Shown here: one piece after another, positions 36,892-45,976 of the stretch
Layout: every line of letters begins with the position of its first letter
Numbering within the stretch: the stretch's first letter is position 1
Virus record (IMG/VR): IMGVR_UViG_3300023181_000010
Location: 1-51,528 of that record
Length of the DNA: 51,528 nucleotides
DNA from: a virus
Taxonomy: Duplodnaviria > Caudoviricetes
Strand: one strand, 5' to 3'
Position numbers and translations under genes: made by a program
Notes under the pieces: model-generated
The model's database searches: none
Told to the model about the DNA's origin: nothing
What the model saw: the letters and a program-made list of their open reading frames with translations, nothing else

Positions 36892-37092
36892 ATGATCGAC
36901 ACCATCGAGCTGTTCCCCGCCCCCACCCGGTCCGTCGCAGTCGTCGAGGGTGTGGCCGGCGGGTCAATCGCCGTCCGGCACCAGGCCCCCGGGCTGGTCC
37001 GCCTGTCCATCGTCGCCGCAGACGGCAAGGTGTCTCACCTGATCGTCGCCGTCGCCGACCTGGATTCCGCGTGTGCGCAGGTAGCACCGTGA
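36892..37092 (+). CDS. Small hypothetical protein
   Basis: Tight packing, GTGA overlap downstream. Confidence 0.55.
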   Translation: MIDTIELFPAPTRSVAVVEGVAGGSIAVRHQAPGLVRLSIVAADGKVSHLIVAVADLDSACAQVAP

Positions 37093-38063
37093 CCCGGCGC
37101 GCACCGATCGAGCGGACCGCGATCGACCTGTTCGCCGGCGGTGGCGGGTCGTCGCTCGGTCTGACCGCGGCCGGGTTCGAGATCCTGGCGGCCGCGAACC
37201 ACTGGCCGACGTCGGTCCGCACGCACGAGCTGAACCACCCGCACACCCAGCACTTCACCGCGAATTTGGCCGAGACCGATTTCCGGCTGTTCCCGCGGGC
37301 CCGGTTCGCGTGGGGATCCCCGTCTTGCGTGTGGCACGCCCGAGCTGGTGGCCGGAAGAAACCGCCGGCCGAGGTCGAACAGCTCCGCGCCGACGCCGGC
37401 GCGATCAGCCGGGCGACCGCGTTCGCGATCGTCGAGGCCGCTGAGGTCTGGGGATTCGACGGGGTGATCGTCGAGAACGTCCAGGAATTCGCGGACTGGA
37501 CCCTGTTCGACGCGTGGCGCGGTCTGATGCACGCACTCGGCTACCAGTCCCAGACGGTTGTCCTGGACTCCGCAACGGTCGGCCCGGTGCCGGTGGCCCA
37601 GCACCGGAAACGCCTGTACGTGGTGTTCACCCGGGCCGGGAACGTAGACCTGTCCCTGGACCCGGCACCGATCACGCCGGCGTCGACGATCCTGGACCCG
37701 AACCCGGGCAAGCTGGTCAGCCGGACCCTGTACGTCGCCGACCAGCTCGCCCAGATCGACGACTACGACCGCCCGCACCTGGTGACGTTCCGGAAGCACG
37801 CCCGGGCGAAGGCCGCGGACACGCACGCACTGGCGACGATCACCGCCGGCGGGAACCACCACGGCGTCGCCACCCGCACCCGGGCCGGGATGTTCTTCCG
37901 GATGCTCACCAACCGTGAGCGCGCACGGGCCCAGGGATTCCCCGACACCTACCAATTCCACGGGAAAGCCGATGAGGTCCGGGCCCAGATCGGCAACGCC
38001 GTCACGGTGCCGGTGGCAACGTGGCTCGGTCACCGTGTCGCCACCGCGGTCGGTGCCCGATGA
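37089..38063 (+). CDS. DNA (cytosine-5) methyltransferase
   Basis: DLFAGGGG, SPSC, ENV, QHRKR, RERARAQGFP, IGNAV. Confidence 0.93.
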   Translation: MTRRAPIERTAIDLFAGGGGSSLGLTAAGFEILAAANHWPTSVRTHELNHPHTQHFTANLAETDFRLFPRARFAWGSPSCVWHARAGGRKKPPAEVEQLRADAGAISRATAFAIVEAAEVWGFDGVIVENVQEFADWTLFDAWRGLMHALGYQSQTVVLDSATVGPVPVAQHRKRLYVVFTRAGNVDLSLDPAPITPASTILDPNPGKLVSRTLYVADQLAQIDDYDRPHLVTFRKHARAKAADTHALATITAGGNHHGVATRTRAGMFFRMLTNRERARAQGFPDTYQFHGKADEVRAQIGNAVTVPVATWLGHRVATAVGAR

Positions 38064-38353
38064 CCCGGGCCGCCGGCGCGACCGTCTACGTGTGCAAGCC
38101 GATCCGGACCATGCTCGGTATCTACGCCCCCGGCCTGCCGGTCACCGTCCTGTCCGACCTCAGTGGGCACCTGGTGCTGTGCATGGACAACGGGTTCCCA
38201 AACCCCGGCAACCCGGCGCACCCGTGCCAACGGGCAACGGTGCCGTCCCACTACGTCGCCGACCGGCCACCGCCGCCGGCGACGCCCTGGCCGTCATCGT
38301 TCCGGCTGGCCCGGATCAACAACCCCGACCCGCGCACCAGGCCCGCGTCATGA
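38060..38353 (+). CDS. Hypothetical protein
   Basis: ATGA overlaps at both ends. Confidence 0.55.
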   Translation: MTRAAGATVYVCKPIRTMLGIYAPGLPVTVLSDLSGHLVLCMDNGFPNPGNPAHPCQRATVPSHYVADRPPPPATPWPSSFRLARINNPDPRTRPAS

Positions 38354-38901
38354 CCGAACCCGGCCTATTCGATGCACCCGAACCGACCGGGCCGCCGGTC
38401 GTCGACCGGTACGCCGGGCTCGGCAAGGACGCCCGCCGCACCGCCAAGCAAGCCGACGCACTGTCCGTCGGTATCCACCCCGGAACACGCCTGCCGTTGC
38501 ACCCGGCGGCCGCCCCGGCCACCGACAAGGACCGCCCCGGGTTCCGCTGCGGAACCTGCGGGAACAAGACCCGGAAGCAATCCGGCGGGTGGTCCGGGTG
38601 GAAATGCAAACTCACCGCCGCCGGGTACCAGGACGGCCCGGATCTCCGGCAATGGTGGCCGGCGTGCGACCGGTTCATCCCCACCGACGAATCCTTCCGC
38701 CCCGGTGACGTCGTCCGACTGTTCACCGGCGGTGCCTACTACCTGGTCGCCGGATTCGCTGGCCCACAAATGAACCTCGACCCGTTCCCCGACCACCTCA
38801 ACGGATCGACCCGCCGAGCGTGGCGCGTCGACCCCGCCGACTACACCCTCGTCCGCCCGGTCGAGGACACCCCACCCCCGAAAGGCACGCCCGCACCATG
38901 A
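38350..38901 (+). CDS. Cys-rich hypothetical protein with C-terminal SH3/KOW-like segment
   Basis: GIHP, CGTC, WKC, DLRQWWPAC; FRPGDVVRL. Confidence 0.7.
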   Translation: MTEPGLFDAPEPTGPPVVDRYAGLGKDARRTAKQADALSVGIHPGTRLPLHPAAAPATDKDRPGFRCGTCGNKTRKQSGGWSGWKCKLTAAGYQDGPDLRQWWPACDRFIPTDESFRPGDVVRLFTGGAYYLVAGFAGPQMNLDPFPDHLNGSTRRAWRVDPADYTLVRPVEDTPPPKGTPAP

Positions 38902-39455
38902 CCGATGAGACCCCCACCGCGCCGCGGTACGCGCACGTCGCCTACCCGCCGGTCGACGGGATGAAGCACATCGCCGGCGAACGATGGGCCGGTGCTGACC
39001 TGCAAACCGTCCGCTACCACCTGGCCCGGGCGTTCGCGTTCGGCCGCGGCATCCTTCACGTGGGCCCTGAGGCCGGGCCGGACGTGTGGCCCGAGGCGAT
39101 CCCCTACTTCCACGCCGCCTACGAATCGGCGATGACGTGGCACCTGCTGGTGAACGAGGACGTGAACGGCCCGTGTGACACACCCCTGTCGCCGTCGTGG
39201 ATCGCCGCCGAGCTGTCCGCCGAGCTGGCATCGCCGCAGAATTTCGCTGCGAACCTCAAAACACTGATGGAGCTGTACGACGTCGACCCGACGTCGTTCG
39301 ACCCGTACGACCCGCCGCCCCGGAAACAGGACCCTGTCGATGCGCTGGCCGTGGCAACGGCCGACCTGTTGGTCCGGTGGGCCGCCAACGACGCGACCAA
39401 CGACGACGTCCGCGCCGCGGCCGCCCTGTTCGATCAGGCCCGCCGTCATGGGTAG
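38898..39455 (+). CDS. Hypothetical protein
   Basis: GAAAGG RBS, ATGA overlap. Confidence 0.7.
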   Translation: MTDETPTAPRYAHVAYPPVDGMKHIAGERWAGADLQTVRYHLARAFAFGRGILHVGPEAGPDVWPEAIPYFHAAYESAMTWHLLVNEDVNGPCDTPLSPSWIAAELSAELASPQNFAANLKTLMELYDVDPTSFDPYDPPPRKQDPVDALAVATADLLVRWAANDATNDDVRAAAALFDQARRHG

Positions 39456-39993
39456 CGCGCCGCAGTGGCAGTCCCGGTCGTGGGCCGTGCTGTCCGAAGA
39501 TGAGAAGTACCGGTACCGGCTCGGTCGCCGGTGGGCCGACGACGGGCCCACCGCGCTGTTCGTGATGCTGAACCCGTCGACCGCCGACGGCACCGACGAC
39601 GATCCGACGATCCGCCGGTGTGTCGGGTTCGCGAAACGCGAAGGTGCGGCCGCCCTCGAGGTGGTGAACCTGTTCGGCTACCGGGCGAAGGACCCGCGGT
39701 CGATCGCCACGATGGCCGCGACCGACGCCGGCCGGCTCGAGCTGGTCGGCCCCGACAACAACGCCCAGATCGCCGAGGCCGCCGAACAAGACCACATCGG
39801 GATCATCATCGCCGCGTGGGGTGCCGGGTTTGGCGTGAAGTACCGCGGCCCCGAGGTGGTGAAGCTGGTCGAGTCCGTCAACCCGAACCCGGTGATGTGT
39901 CTCGGTCACACCGCGGCCGGGTTCCCGAAACACCCGCTGTATATCCGGTCGAACGCCCCGCTCGTTCCGATCTCAGGAGATCCCCGTGGCTGA
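39448..39993 (+). CDS. DUF1643 family protein
   Basis: YRYRL.R.W, MLNPSTAD...DDPTIRRC..FA, VVNLF.YR, AAWG, PKHPLY. Confidence 0.92.
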   Translation: MGSAPQWQSRSWAVLSEDEKYRYRLGRRWADDGPTALFVMLNPSTADGTDDDPTIRRCVGFAKREGAAALEVVNLFGYRAKDPRSIATMAATDAGRLELVGPDNNAQIAEAAEQDHIGIIIAAWGAGFGVKYRGPEVVKLVESVNPNPVMCLGHTAAGFPKHPLYIRSNAPLVPISGDPRG

Positions 39994-40369
39994 TCAGGTC
40001 TGTGTCCGGTTTTCGTTTCACCCGCTGATCGTCCCGGCCCCGTCGGTGATTTTCCCGAACATCCCGAACGGCCTGGAAGCGATGATCGTCGACCAGCTCC
40101 GGACGATGTTCGGGTTCGCCCCGCGTTCCTACGAGGTCACGATGCCGGTCGACGTCGAACCCGGCTCTTACCGCCGGATAGGGAAGATCGTCCGCTCCGG
40201 TGGGACGTTCGCCGTGTTCGACGTGACCCCGTGGCCGGGTGAGTCGGCACACGCGGCCCCGGACTACTACCGGGACGCACTGGTCCCCGAGCTACGCGCC
40301 GAGATCGCCGAACTCCGGGCGAAGCTGGCGGACGCACACGTCCGCGGGGCCCAGGGGCTCAAGCCGTGA
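39986..40369 (+). CDS. Hypothetical protein
   Basis: AGGAG RBS. Confidence 0.65.
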   Translation: MADQVCVRFSFHPLIVPAPSVIFPNIPNGLEAMIVDQLRTMFGFAPRSYEVTMPVDVEPGSYRRIGKIVRSGGTFAVFDVTPWPGESAHAAPDYYRDALVPELRAEIAELRAKLADAHVRGAQGLKP

Positions 40370-40395
40370 ACCTTAGGACGGATCGTGCTAAGGTT
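40369..40395 (+). promoter_or_regulatory. Palindromic operator overlapping extended -10 promoter, copy 2
   Basis: AACCTTAG-N11-CTAAGGTT; TGcTAAGGT-N7-ATG(40402). Confidence 0.7.
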
Positions 40396-40401
40396 CCTGC
40401 C

Positions 40402-40623
40402 ATGGAAACCACCACACGACCGGTGCTGTCGATCGACGACGTCGCCGCGATCATCGGTGTCGTCCCCGGGACAGTCCGGTCCTACCGGCACGCCGGCCGA
40501 CTGCCGGACCCCGACCACACCGACCCCGTGTCCGGCCGCCCCGGTTGGTACCGCGAAACCATCGACCAGTGGAACGCGAACCGCCCCGGCCCCGGTTACC
40601 GGACGGACCTGGCCGGCAAATAG
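40402..40623 (+). CDS. AlpA/excisionase-like HTH DNA-binding protein
   Basis: LSIDDVAAIIGV.PGTVRSYR..G.LP.PD...W....I..W...RPG.G.RTDL. Confidence 0.85.
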   Translation: METTTRPVLSIDDVAAIIGVVPGTVRSYRHAGRLPDPDHTDPVSGRPGWYRETIDQWNANRPGPGYRTDLAGK

Positions 40624-40625
40624 CA

Positions 40626-40672
40626 AACGGCCCGGCCACCAGGTGCTCCCCTGATGCTGCGGCCGGGCCGTT
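40626..40672 (+). terminator. Terminator-like hairpin
   Basis: AACGGCCCGGCC / GGCCGGGCCGTT. Confidence 0.6.
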
Positions 40673-40704
40673 CATCGACGAACCCCCACGAAAGGAACCA
40701 TCGA

Positions 40705-41859
40705 ATGACCACCACACTACCCGCCGCGATCACCCGGAAGGGCCCCGGACGGCCGTCCGTATCGCACCCCGCGGCCCGGGTGCTCATCCCCGCCGCGAAG
40801 CTCAGCGACCGCGGCCGCTGGAAGGCCGCCCGCCGGCAGGGCATGACGGCCACCAACACCCGCGTCCTGATGGGTCACGGCTACGAGTCCGAGAACGTCA
40901 TGTCCGTCTACCTCGACAAGGTCGACCCGGAACCCGTCGACGGTGACGACGCCCCGGCGACGCAGTGGACCGAGGCAAGCCGGTTCCGGCTCCGGCTCGG
41001 TAACGAGTCCGAGGCGATGATCGCGAAGTTCGCCGCCGAGCTGCTGGACCTGCGGATGTCGAAGGTCGGCATGTTGCAATCCCTGATGTATCCCGAGCTG
41101 ATCGCCTCACCGGACCGCACGACGTCGGACGGTGCACTGTGTGAGCTGAAATTGACGTCGTCGCACTACCTGCTCGCCTACCTGGACAAGTCGTCGTCGT
41201 GGACGAACGCTGAGGGCTGGACCCTGCCCGGGTCGTGGCGGGTGCAGGTGCAACACCAACTGGCGGTGTCCGGCCGGACGCACGCCTACGTTGCCGCGCT
41301 GGTCACCGACAAGTCGCAGATGACGGCGTGGGTCGTCGAGGCTGACCCTGAGGAACAGGGCCAGATCGTCGAGCTGAACCGCCGATTCTGGTGGGACTGT
41401 GTCGTCCCACGGAAGGTCCCGGACATCGACTGGGACACCGTCACCAGGCAGGAAATGTTCCTCCGGTTCCCGCACGCCGACGGGACCCGCACGGTCACCG
41501 GCGACGAACTCGACGTAACGCTGTTCTGGATCCGGCAACGGAAACTGGCGAAGGAACAGGAGAAGGAGGCTAAGGCCCTGGCCGATTTCGCCGAAAACCA
41601 TCTGCGGGAGATCCACGGCCCGGCGGCCGAGCTGTACGCCCCCAACGATCCGCGGGCCCTGTCGAAGTACCCGCGGATGGAGTCTGTGAACTACGACGCG
41701 AAACGACTCGCCCTGGATCACGCGATCGACCTCGAGCCGTACACGAACCGCACCCCGTACCGGAAGTTCACGTCCGTTCGGGACCTGTCGAAGAACCCGC
41801 TGGTGTCGCTGATCAAGGCCCCTAAGAAGCGGGCCCGGAAGGTCGCCCCCGATGCCTGA
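40705..41859 (+). CDS. YqaJ/lambda-exonuclease-like recombination nuclease
   Basis: W..ARR.G..A, G...E, ASPDR, ELK, QVQHQL.V.G, FW..V. Confidence 0.88.
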   Translation: MTTTLPAAITRKGPGRPSVSHPAARVLIPAAKLSDRGRWKAARRQGMTATNTRVLMGHGYESENVMSVYLDKVDPEPVDGDDAPATQWTEASRFRLRLGNESEAMIAKFAAELLDLRMSKVGMLQSLMYPELIASPDRTTSDGALCELKLTSSHYLLAYLDKSSSWTNAEGWTLPGSWRVQVQHQLAVSGRTHAYVAALVTDKSQMTAWVVEADPEEQGQIVELNRRFWWDCVVPRKVPDIDWDTVTRQEMFLRFPHADGTRTVTGDELDVTLFWIRQRKLAKEQEKEAKALADFAENHLREIHGPAAELYAPNDPRALSKYPRMESVNYDAKRLALDHAIDLEPYTNRTPYRKFTSVRDLSKNPLVSLIKAPKKRARKVAPDA

Positions 41860-43030
41860 ACTCGCCGCTACGAAGCTCCGGACCCGGCCGCCGACGGGTA
41901 AGCCGGCGTGGCCGTTCATCGTCCTCGCCGGGGTGCAGTCCGGCGGCAAGTCCTACCAGGCCGCCCTTGCCACCGGGTCGGCCCGGGTCGGACAGGCGTT
42001 CATGTTCGAGTTCGGCGAATCCCAACAGGACATGCTTGCCGCGATCCCCGGTGCCCGGTTCCACATGGTCGAACTCACCGGCCGATTCAACGACCTACTA
42101 GAACAGGTGCTCGAGGCATCGAAGATCGACTGGGTCGACGGGAAACCGAACCTGCTCGTCCTGGATTCGGTGTCGAAGGTCTGGCAACTGCTGTGTGATG
42201 AGGCCCAGTGGACCGCGAACAAACGCGTCGCCGACAAGATCGCCTACGCCTCACGGCAGGGCCGGGAGTACCGCGGCCGCGCCGCGGACCCGGTCACCAA
42301 CGACTACGACATTTCGTCGGACCTGTGGAACCGGGCGACGATGCGGTGGGACAAGCTCATCGCCGCGTTGCAGAAATTCCCCGGCATCGTCATCGCAACA
42401 GCCCGGCTCGACGAGGTGTCGGTGTTCGACGCCCAGGGCAACATCACCCGCGACAAGATGTGGAAGATGCAGGCCCAGAAGCGGTTCCCGTTCGAGGTCG
42501 ACGTGATCATCGAGATCCGGGAACCCCGCGGGGTGCCGATCGTGACGAAGGTCCGGTCGTTGGCCTACGACGTGCCGATGAACAGCGCCGAGAAATTCGA
42601 CGGGTTCACCGCCGACGCGCTGCTCGAGCGGATGCAACTCACCGTCGAGAACACCGGGCCCCGGGTGATCGTCATCCCGGACGCCGAAGAGAAGGACGAC
42701 GCCCACCCGGACGATTGGCCGGCGACGATCGAAGAGTTCTTCAAGATCGTCGAGGCCGCCGGGAACGCGAAGGACACCGCCCGGCTGACGCACTTGTGGA
42801 AGCTGGCCCGGCAGCATGAGAGCGCACAAGGGCAGGAGTACGCGGCCGAGTGGGGCCGCTATGTCGCCGGGGTGCAACGCGATGAGGAAGCCGAGCGGGC
42901 CCGAATGCAGGCCGAGGCCGACCGGATCGCCGCCGAACCGGACCGCCCCGATTTCGGCGACACCCCGCCGCCGGCGGGCCGCCCGGTGAACGACCCGCGT
43001 GCCCGGGCCCGAACCGGTGCACCGGCGTGA
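41852..43030 (+). CDS. AAA-family ATPase (AAA_24/Sak4-like recombination protein)
   Basis: G..SGGKS, LVLDS, IATAR; paired with exonuclease. Confidence 0.8.
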   Translation: MPELAATKLRTRPPTGKPAWPFIVLAGVQSGGKSYQAALATGSARVGQAFMFEFGESQQDMLAAIPGARFHMVELTGRFNDLLEQVLEASKIDWVDGKPNLLVLDSVSKVWQLLCDEAQWTANKRVADKIAYASRQGREYRGRAADPVTNDYDISSDLWNRATMRWDKLIAALQKFPGIVIATARLDEVSVFDAQGNITRDKMWKMQAQKRFPFEVDVIIEIREPRGVPIVTKVRSLAYDVPMNSAEKFDGFTADALLERMQLTVENTGPRVIVIPDAEEKDDAHPDDWPATIEEFFKIVEAAGNAKDTARLTHLWKLARQHESAQGQEYAAEWGRYVAGVQRDEEAERARMQAEADRIAAEPDRPDFGDTPPPAGRPVNDPRARARTGAPA

Positions 43031-43209
43031 ACGACCGAACACGCGGCCGGGCCGTGCACGCGCTAGTCGTGCACGGCCGGGCCGCCGGTATCTCCGAAGC
43101 TGAGGTGCGATTCCTGCTGTCATCCGTTGACGGGGATCCCGCACTCGCACGAAACGTGATCAATCTCGGCTGGCGTCCGCCGGCCCAACCGGAAGGAACC
43201 CCCCGATGA
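43027..43209 (+). CDS. Small hypothetical protein
   Basis: Overlaps at both ends. Confidence 0.5.
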   Translation: MNDRTRGRAVHALVVHGRAAGISEAEVRFLLSSVDGDPALARNVINLGWRPPAQPEGTPR

Positions 43210-43658
43210 GTAACACGCCCCTGAGGTCTGCCCGCTGTAGCGCACTGGCGTTCGCCGCGGGGCTGCTCGTGATGACGTTCGCGTACGTGATGGCGAACAA
43301 CAGCGCCGGGCAACTGTCCAGTGAGCTTGCCGCCGAGCGGTCCGCCCCGCCGGTCGAGGTCACCATCCTCGAGACGGAAACGCTGAGGGTGACGTTCACG
43401 GCCACCGAGACGAGCATGGTCCCGACGACCGAGACCGTGCCGGTCACCACCACGGCCGTCCCGGCGGTGTGCGTCGAAGTCGTCGATGGACTGACGACGA
43501 CGATCCGGTTCCTCAGCGCCGCGATGGACGACTACGCCCAGGCCGGCCGAGAGGGTGCCGCCGGGTACCTGGCGAAAATGGCAAGCGGCAATGACAACCT
43601 AGCGGCCGCCACCGACAGCATGTCCGGCGTCGGTTCGGTGACACGTTGCACCGGGTGA
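43206..43658 (+). CDS. Membrane-anchored/secreted protein
   Basis: GAAGGA RBS; N-terminal hydrophobic helix, Thr-rich linker, two Cys. Confidence 0.7.
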   Translation: MSNTPLRSARCSALAFAAGLLVMTFAYVMANNSAGQLSSELAAERSAPPVEVTILETETLRVTFTATETSMVPTTETVPVTTTAVPAVCVEVVDGLTTTIRFLSAAMDDYAQAGREGAAGYLAKMASGNDNLAAATDSMSGVGSVTRCTG

Positions 43659-43709
43659 CCTACAGTCACCCGTAACCCGTGTTTCGCCGCACACCGAAGG
43701 AACCCCCCG

Positions 43710-44162
43710 ATGCCCGAAGTAACCCCTGTCCTGATCAAGCTGTGGGCCACCGTCGCCCCGGCCGACGTGTGCTGGTCGGCCGCCGCTGGTGGCCCGGCCC
43801 GCCGCCCGTCGGCCCCGCAGTCCGGTTTCATGTGGGCCCTGTACCGGAACCCCCCTGAGGGGATGAAGTCCGCGTCGTGGAACGTCGACGGCGCGTCGAT
43901 CCGGATTCACACCCCGGACGGCCCGAAGGTCCGGACGATGTCCGAGAAGTGGGCGGTCGTCGACGCGTGGCTGTCGACCCTGGCACCGGTGGACCGTGAG
44001 TGGTTCGCCGACCACGCTCACTGGTTCGCGAACGCCGCCACACCACCGGCCGCCCGGGTACAGGCCGCCGCGACCCTGCTTGCCCGCCTGGAAGAGCTGA
44101 CGGCACCGCCGGGGGAGTCGCTGACCCTGTTCGATGATCTCGACTACTCCGGCCATGCCTGA
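43710..44162 (+). CDS. Hypothetical protein
   Basis: GAAGGA RBS. Confidence 0.65.
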   Translation: MPEVTPVLIKLWATVAPADVCWSAAAGGPARRPSAPQSGFMWALYRNPPEGMKSASWNVDGASIRIHTPDGPKVRTMSEKWAVVDAWLSTLAPVDREWFADHAHWFANAATPPAARVQAAATLLARLEELTAPPGESLTLFDDLDYSGHA

Positions 44163-44862
44163 GGGACCCGCCGACGGTGTCGAACCCGTCGGACTGTTCG
44201 AGTGGCAGACGTTGATCCGCCGGTGGCAACCGACCGACGGTGCTGAGAAGCGCGCCAAGGCGACAGCCCTGTTTTTCGCGACCTATGGCAACAAGTTCGG
44301 TGGGTCGATCCACGTCGGGCAGAAGAAGCTGGCGCGGGTCGTGTCGGTGTCTGAGAGCACGATCGGCCGGCACCTCGAGATCCTGGTCGAGCGTGGGTTC
44401 ATCGAGCGGACCCGGCGCGGCAACCGCCACGCTCAGCAAGCGGATGAATACCGATTGACGTTTCCGATCAATGGTTTCGACGGCCGTTTGCGGATGCTCG
44501 ACCCGTCCGAGAACGGCATTATGAAAAATGATCTCTACCCGTCACCGGTGACGGGTAGAGTTGTCCCCACGGAACCGGTCCAACCTTCACCCGTGACGGT
44601 TGGACCGGCCACCGCGCCCGATGTCCAACCGTCACCGGTGGAAGGTCTAACCGTCAAAACGGAGAGTCCAACCGTCACCCATGACGGACCACCAGAACAT
44701 AACCACCACCCAAGACCAGAACAGACGACTCAAGTACCCGACGTACCTCACCACCCCACGGCACGGGTCCCGATCCAAAGAAATTCCCCTCGAGGAAACT
44801 ACGAACCCCAAAACCCGTATTACCGCCAATACCTCGACGATCGAAAGGCAGCCGGACGATGA
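44155..44862 (+). CDS. Replication initiator-like winged-HTH protein
   Basis: GQKKLARVVSVSESTIGRHLEILVERGFI...Y.L; repeated PSPVT reflecting internal DNA iterons. Confidence 0.8.
   Translation: MPEGPADGVEPVGLFEWQTLIRRWQPTDGAEKRAKATALFFATYGNKFGGSIHVGQKKLARVVSVSESTIGRHLEILVERGFIERTRRGNRHAQQADEYRLTFPINGFDGRLRMLDPSENGIMKNDLYPSPVTGRVVPTEPVQPSPVTVGPATAPDVQPSPVEGLTVKTESPTVTHDGPPEHNHHPRPEQTTQVPDVPHHPTARVPIQRNSPRGNYEPQNPYYRQYLDDRKAAGR
44533..44688. repeat. Palindromic iteron cluster, putative replication origin
   Basis: 28-bp perfect palindrome 44533-44560; near-perfect palindrome 44575-44608; GTCCAACC(G/T)TCACC at 44578, 44623, 44666. Confidence 0.8.
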
Positions 44863-45350
44863 CACCCATCACCACCGAGCACCGGACTGTGGCTTGCGCG
44901 GCACTCGCCGTCGCCGCACAGTCCGACGGCGCGATCGACGACACGTCCGCGCACCTGATCCGAACGTTCGCCTACGCCGTCGCCACCCCGGCCCCGCCGA
45001 TGACCCTCGACGAGGTGACCACCGCGGTCCGCACGCACTACGCCGTCGCCGGTGCCGGGCACCTCACCCCGCAGGCGCTGATCGATGCGGTCCGCGCCGA
45101 ACGTCTGGCGGCCGCGAAGGCCGCCCGGCTGACGTCGAACCGGCCACCGGCACCGGACCCGGTCGAGGTCGCCGCCGCCACGGAGTACCGGCGTGCCGTG
45201 CGGTCGGTGCCGTGCCCGGAACCGGGTTGCGGTGCCGCTGTCGGTGCCCCGTGCATGAACCCGACCCGCGACCGGCCGTACCACGGCCCCGGTCACCTGT
45301 CCCGGGCCCGTGCTGGCGCACCGGTGGACCTGTTCGCGGCCGCCCGGTGA
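44859..45350 (+). CDS. Replication-associated protein with C-terminal zinc finger (possible helicase loader)
   Basis: After initiator; AVRTHY...P..LI..VR; CP..GC.A..G.PC...H.SR. Confidence 0.6.
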   Translation: MTPITTEHRTVACAALAVAAQSDGAIDDTSAHLIRTFAYAVATPAPPMTLDEVTTAVRTHYAVAGAGHLTPQALIDAVRAERLAAAKAARLTSNRPPAPDPVEVAAATEYRRAVRSVPCPEPGCGAAVGAPCMNPTRDRPYHGPGHLSRARAGAPVDLFAAAR

Positions 45351-45946
45351 TCGGCGACCGACGGACACCGATGGTCCGCAAAACGCCGCTCAAGTCCGGC
45401 GGGCCGTTGCCGGCGGGTAAGCCGCTGGCACGGTCCGCCGGTATCGGCACCAGCAAGCCGATGTCCAGGGCCCGCACACCGCGGCTCGAGTCGTCCCGGG
45501 CCGGGTGGCGGGAGATCTGGCCGGCCGTGCAACGCCGTGACCGGTCGGTGTGCGTCATGTGCGGTCTGGCCCCCGGGACGACCCAGCATCACCGCCTGCC
45601 CGGCGGGATGGGTGGCACGTCGAGGGACCCGAAGGCACACACGTTCGCCCGGTTGATGCTCGCGTGCGTGGTCTGCCACAACTACACCGAGGACCACGGG
45701 ACGTGGGCTGAGGCCCGCGGGTGGAAGATCCGCCACGGGGTGCTCGGTCCCGCCGATGTGCCGGTGTTCTACGGCCACCAGGGCACGTTCGGCACCCGGT
45801 GGGATTGGGTCTGGTTGTCCGATGACGCCCCGAAATGGTCGCTGTGCACCGACGATGAGGTCGCAGACCTGCCGGTGATCGACCTGGCAACCGTGTCGGG
45901 CCGTCACGTCCTGTTCAACGGCCGTGACTCCGGGCGTTTACAGTGA
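45347..45946 (+). CDS. HNH endonuclease-like protein
   Basis: RD...CVMCG...HHR...GMGG...L...C..CH...E.H...A...GW. Confidence 0.8.
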   Translation: MIGDRRTPMVRKTPLKSGGPLPAGKPLARSAGIGTSKPMSRARTPRLESSRAGWREIWPAVQRRDRSVCVMCGLAPGTTQHHRLPGGMGGTSRDPKAHTFARLMLACVVCHNYTEDHGTWAEARGWKIRHGVLGPADVPVFYGHQGTFGTRWDWVWLSDDAPKWSLCTDDEVADLPVIDLATVSGRHVLFNGRDSGRLQ

Positions 45947-45976
45947 GCGACATCGCCGTCCGTGAGGAATCTGTGA

